Source of the DNA: Gammaproteobacteria bacterium
GTDB lineage: Bacteria > Pseudomonadota > Gammaproteobacteria > CAJXQU01
DNA length: 64,000 nt
Assembly: GCA_965238175.1 (NCBI GenBank)
Contig: CBDEGZ010000003.1
Coordinates: forward strand, 960,001-1,024,000
Direction of reading: 5' to 3'
Made by a program: the position numbers and the translations under genes. The notes under the pieces are model-generated. The model was not told the origin of the DNA and did no database searches. It was given only the letters and a program-made list of their open reading frames with translations. Below are positions 59,957-64,000 of the stretch, one piece after another. Within the stretch, counting starts at the first letter, position 1. Each line of letters begins with the position of its first letter.

Positions 59957-60871
59957 ATGACACAGCAGAACGATACTTTTCAAGAACTCATTCGGGAGCT
60001 TCAGGATTATTGGGCTTTACAGGGTTGTGTAATAGAACAACTCTACGATATGGAAATGGGGGCTGGCACCTTCCATCCCTCGACGTTTTTACGTGCAATT
60101 GGACCAGAGCCGTGGTGTTCAGCATATGTACAAACTTCACGCCGGCCAACCGACGGGCGTTATGGTGAAAACCCGAATCGATTACAACGATTCTCACAGT
60201 TCCAGGTTTTACTTAAACCTTCGCCGCCAGATATACAAGAAATTTTCCTGGGATCATTAAAACATTTAGGAATTGATCCTCTTGAGCATGATATTCGTTT
60301 TGTCGAAGATAATTGGGAATCCCCAACCTTAGGTGCCTGGGGGCTCGGTTGGGAAGTTTGGTTAAATGGCATGGAAGTATGCCAGTTTACCTATTTTCAA
60401 CAGGTGGGAGGACTGGATTGTCGGCCCGTTTCGGGCGAGATCACCTATGGTCTGGAACGCATTGCGATGTATCTGCAAGATGTAGATAGTATTTATGATT
60501 TGATCTGGGCGAAGACTCCCAACGGCGATGTGACATATGGACAGATTTTTCATCAAAATGAAGTCGAGATGTCGGCCTATAACTTCACTTACGCCGATAC
60601 TGGATCTTTGTTCGGTTGGTTTGATACTTGTGAAAAGGAAAGTCAGAAATTGATCGGAAATGATCTACCACTACCAGCATACGAACAGGTTATGAAAGCC
60701 TCGCATACCTTTAACTTACTCGATGCACGACATGCGATTTCTGTCACCGAGCGGCAGCGGTATATCTTGCGGATAAGAACGCTTGCAAGAGAAGTCGCAA
60801 GTGCCTATTTTAACAAACGTGAAGCACTTGGTTTTCCTCTCATAAATACGCAGAAGGGGGGAGTCGAATGA
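59957..60871 (+). CDS. glyQ: Glycine-tRNA ligase alpha subunit
   Basis: [39 protein letters not shown]. Confidence 0.99.
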   Translation: MTQQNDTFQELIRELQDYWALQGCVIEQLYDMEMGAGTFHPSTFLRAIGPEPWCSAYVQTSRRPTDGRYGENPNRLQRFSQFQVLLKPSPPDIQEIFLGSLKHLGIDPLEHDIRFVEDNWESPTLGAWGLGWEVWLNGMEVCQFTYFQQVGGLDCRPVSGEITYGLERIAMYLQDVDSIYDLIWAKTPNGDVTYGQIFHQNEVEMSAYNFTYADTGSLFGWFDTCEKESQKLIGNDLPLPAYEQVMKASHTFNLLDARHAISVTERQRYILRIRTLAREVASAYFNKREALGFPLINTQKGGVE

Positions 60872-62958
60872 GTAGACAAACATTTTTGGTCGAAATCGGT
60901 ACGGAAGAATTACCCCCAAAAGCGCTAAAAAAACTGAGTGATGCATTTGGATTAGAGGTTCAAGCGGATCTTGTAGAACACGAATTAGGTTTTAAAGATC
61001 TAAAAGTATTTTCTTCTCCTCGACGTTTGTCAGTACTCGTTTCGGACTTAGTTGCACAACAGGATGATAAAGAAGTGGAACGTCGTGGGCCAGCATTACA
61101 AGCTGCGTTTGATGAAAACGGAGAGCCTACCAAAGCTGCACAGGGCTTTGCTAAATCTTGCGGTGTTGAGGTTACTGATCTTGATCAAATGGAAACCGAT
61201 AAAGGTACTTGGCTGGTTTATAGCCTCAAGGAAAAAGGTAAATCTGTTGCTGAACTACTTCCCGAAATAGTTTCTAATGCACTGAATAAATTACCGATCC
61301 CAAAACGAATGCGTTGGGGTAGTGGCGATGCGGCTTTTGTGCGTCCAGTTCATTGGGTTGTTATGCTTTTTGGAGATCAAATTATTGATGCGGAGATTTT
61401 GAGTATCAAATCCGGAAATGTTACTTACGGACACCGTTTTCATCATCCCGATGCAATTTTAGTCATCGATCCGAGCGCTTATGAAAAACAATTGGAAACG
61501 GTGCGAGTTATCGCCGATTTCGATCGTCGTCGTGATCTGATTTCTGAGCAGGTTAACAACCTTGCTGAGGAGATAGGTGGCCAAGCCGTGTTAGATCCTG
61601 ATCTTCTAGATGAAGTGACTGGTATGGTCGAATGGCCAGTTGCACTGTCAGGTGACATCGATCCAACCTTTTTGGAACTGCCGGATGAAGTTCTTATCTC
61701 CACAATGGCCAGCCATCAAAAGTATTTTCATGTTGTGCACAAAAGTGGTGATCGCGCGGGTAAATTGATGCCTTATTTCATCACTGTTAGTAATATTGAG
61801 AGTAGTCATCCTGCTGTTGTTAAACAGGGCAATGAGCGGGTCGTTCGTCCACGTTTGAGTGACTCAGCGCATTTTTGGAAAACTGATCTTGCGACGGATT
61901 TTTCTGTCTGGGAAAAAGCCTTAGAAAAAGTCGTATTTCAGGATAAGTTAGGCAGTATTTCGGATAAGTCCAAACGGGTATCAAAATTGGCTGCTGATAT
62001 TGTTACGACATTGCAAGGTAGTGCGTCGGACATTGAAAATACCACAAGAGCCGCTTTGATTAGCAAATGTGACCTGATGAGTGAAATGGTGAGTGAATTT
62101 CCTGATTTGCAAGGAAACATGGGGTGCTACTATGCCGAACACCATCAGGAACCTGCGGAAATCGCCTTGGCGCTGGAAGAGCAATACATGCCTCGTTTTG
62201 CCGGTGATCAAATTCCGTCTAAGTTAACAGGACAAGCGCTAGCAATAGCAGATAAGCTCGATACTCTGGTGGGTATTTTTGGTATCGGGCAGGCGCCGAC
62301 GGGAGCAAAGGATCCCTTTGCCTTACGTCGAGCATCCTTAGGATGTTTGCGCATAATAATCGAAGCGAAATTGGATTTAGATCTAAAAGATCTTTTACAA
62401 AAGGCTGCATCCAATCTTGACGGCAAGATTACCGAGCCGGATGTGGTTGAGCAGGTTTTTAACTATATGCTTGAAAGGTTGCGCGCTTATTATTCTGATC
62501 AAACACTCTCATCAGATATCTACGATGCAGTTGTTGCTCGTCGACCAGGTAAGCCCTACGATTTTGATCTTCGCATGCGTGCGGTGCAGGTATTTAGACA
62601 ACTACCAGAAGCGACGAGCTTGGCGGCTGCCAACAAGCGTATTGGTAATATACTGAAAAAACTTGATCAACAACCAGCGGCTGAGATCAATTCTAATCTG
62701 TTGGAAGAGCCGGCAGAAAAAGAATTAGTTAAAGCTTTAATGTCTGTGCGAGAGGGTGTTAGCGGAGATCTAAAAGCTCAAAACTATACCGAAGCATTAG
62801 CAGGCATGGCCGTTTTGCGTGAACCGGTCGATACCTTTTTTGATCAGGTAATGGTCAATTGTGATGATGAAAAAGTGAAGAATAATCGTCAGGCTTTATT
62901 AGCTCAATTGCGTTTCTTATTTATGGAAATTGCTGATATTTCCAGACTTCAAAGCTGA
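60868..62958 (+). CDS. glyS: Glycine-tRNA ligase beta subunit
   Basis: [35 protein letters not shown]. Confidence 0.99.
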   Translation: MSRQTFLVEIGTEELPPKALKKLSDAFGLEVQADLVEHELGFKDLKVFSSPRRLSVLVSDLVAQQDDKEVERRGPALQAAFDENGEPTKAAQGFAKSCGVEVTDLDQMETDKGTWLVYSLKEKGKSVAELLPEIVSNALNKLPIPKRMRWGSGDAAFVRPVHWVVMLFGDQIIDAEILSIKSGNVTYGHRFHHPDAILVIDPSAYEKQLETVRVIADFDRRRDLISEQVNNLAEEIGGQAVLDPDLLDEVTGMVEWPVALSGDIDPTFLELPDEVLISTMASHQKYFHVVHKSGDRAGKLMPYFITVSNIESSHPAVVKQGNERVVRPRLSDSAHFWKTDLATDFSVWEKALEKVVFQDKLGSISDKSKRVSKLAADIVTTLQGSASDIENTTRAALISKCDLMSEMVSEFPDLQGNMGCYYAEHHQEPAEIALALEEQYMPRFAGDQIPSKLTGQALAIADKLDTLVGIFGIGQAPTGAKDPFALRRASLGCLRIIIEAKLDLDLKDLLQKAASNLDGKITEPDVVEQVFNYMLERLRAYYSDQTLSSDIYDAVVARRPGKPYDFDLRMRAVQVFRQLPEATSLAAANKRIGNILKKLDQQPAAEINSNLLEEPAEKELVKALMSVREGVSGDLKAQNYTEALAGMAVLREPVDTFFDQVMVNCDDEKVKNNRQALLAQLRFLFMEIADISRLQS

Positions 62959-63509
62959 TGGCTTATTTGATCCTTGATCGTGATGGTGTGATTAATCAGG
63001 ATTCTGATGATTATATTAAAAGTCCGGATGAGTGGTTGCCAATCCCAGGTAGTTTAAAAGCGATTTCTAATGCAAATAGAGCAGGTTTTCGGGTGATCGT
63101 TGTCACCAATCAGTCGGGTTTAGCGAGGGGCATGTTTGATATTAATACCATGAATGCGATGCATAAAAAACTGCATAAAAAATTAGCGCGTGTCGGTGGA
63201 CGTATTGAAGCCATTTTTTTCTGTCCACATAAACCGGATGCAGGTTGTAATTGTCGAAAACCAAAATCGGGAATGTTGGATGAAATTCGTAAGCGGTTAA
63301 ATATTTCACTTGAGAAAGTTTGGTACGTTGGAGACAGTTATACGGATGTGCAAGCAGCAAGGGCAGCTGGTGCCATCCCAATTCTGGTAAGTACAGGAAA
63401 AGGTGAGCGAACATTGGCCGAAGACGTTAAAAATGATCTTAGCGATGTGCCAGTGTATTCCGATCTGGCTGCCTGTGTTGATGCCTTGTTACAGCAACAA
63501 AACAACTAA
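62958..63509 (+). CDS. gmhB: D-glycero-D-manno-heptose 1,7-bisphosphate phosphatase
   Basis: LDRDGVIN, TNQSG, CPH...CNCRKP. Confidence 0.96.
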   Translation: MAYLILDRDGVINQDSDDYIKSPDEWLPIPGSLKAISNANRAGFRVIVVTNQSGLARGMFDINTMNAMHKKLHKKLARVGGRIEAIFFCPHKPDAGCNCRKPKSGMLDEIRKRLNISLEKVWYVGDSYTDVQAARAAGAIPILVSTGKGERTLAEDVKNDLSDVPVYSDLAACVDALLQQQNN

Positions 63510-63529
63510 AATCGTAAGGCTAATAAACG

Positions 63530-64000
63530 ATGCTTTATATCCGTTCTCTAATTTGCTTGCTAGGTGTTGTGCCCATGACGATCTTTTTTGGATTATTGAG
63601 TTTGTTGATCCTTATTCTGCCTTTTCAATTTCGCTACAAAATCATTTCTCATTGGGCAAAAGGCAACCTATGGTGGACAAAGATAGTCTGTGGTTTGTCT
63701 TTTCGTCTCCATGGAGAAGAAAATATTCCATCAGGTCCTGCGGTTATTATGTGTAATCATCAATCTGCCTGGGAAACGCTCGCCTTACAACTTATTTTCC
63801 CCGCTCAGGTTTGGGTACTAAAAAAAGAATTATTGTGGATCCCAGTTTTTGGATGGGGGCTTTTTGTGTTGAAACCTATCGCTATCGATAGAGGCTCAGC
63901 TCGAAAGGCACTACAGCAAGTTGTAGAGCAAGGCACAGCTCGCTTGAAAAATGGTATCTGGGTCACCATATTTCCTGAAGGTACTCGTATTGCGCCTGGA
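63530..64000 (+). CDS. plsC: 1-acyl-sn-glycerol-3-phosphate acyltransferase (3' end outside window)
   Basis: Own translation: NHQSAWET, LKKELL, FPEGTR. Confidence 0.93.
   Translation, partial: MLYIRSLICLLGVVPMTIFFGLLSLLILILPFQFRYKIISHWAKGNLWWTKIVCGLSFRLHGEENIPSGPAVIMCNHQSAWETLALQLIFPAQVWVLKKELLWIPVFGWGLFVLKPIAIDRGSARKALQQVVEQGTARLKNGIWVTIFPEGTRIAPG

Overview
Gammaproteobacterial chromosome window with three parts. (1) 1-2824: 3' part of an NO-reductase-type heme-copper oxidase cluster (norY-senC-orf1-like) facing nsrR. (2) ~3000-35000: an accessory hotspot anchored on tRNA-Ile(CAU). Its left half is a decayed mosaic of attC-like integron cassettes with no intI in view, Bacteroidota-like genes, a RAYT (Y1 HUH) transposase with scattered REP-like ends, two IS481 copies, phage-type 2OG-Fe(II) oxygenases and the relic of an older serine integrase. 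Its right half is an apparently intact ~18.9 kb integrative mobilizable element (15971-34912) carrying mobC, relaxase, TA modules, resolvase, ardA, DUF5131/TcmP, a large P-loop NTPase, a VirD4-like coupling protein and a large serine integrase. The att core lies inside the integrase ORF, so excision should swap the integrase C-terminus and couple it translationally to mobC-relaxase. The integrase promoter region has an alphaproteobacterial-type LexA box. Four island proteins, including a PemK-like toxin, share a basic C-terminal ...(R)ER tail resembling a T4SS secretion signal. (3) 35075-64000: a third IS481 copy, then core genes (rpoD, dnaG, yqeY, rpsU, tsaD, ampG, Gld-like ABC transporter, lipase plus di-heme enzyme, c-di-GMP phosphorelay, glyQS, gmhB, plsC) with two copies of a structured ~275-bp MITE. 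All family calls come from reading motifs by eye; no database searches were run.
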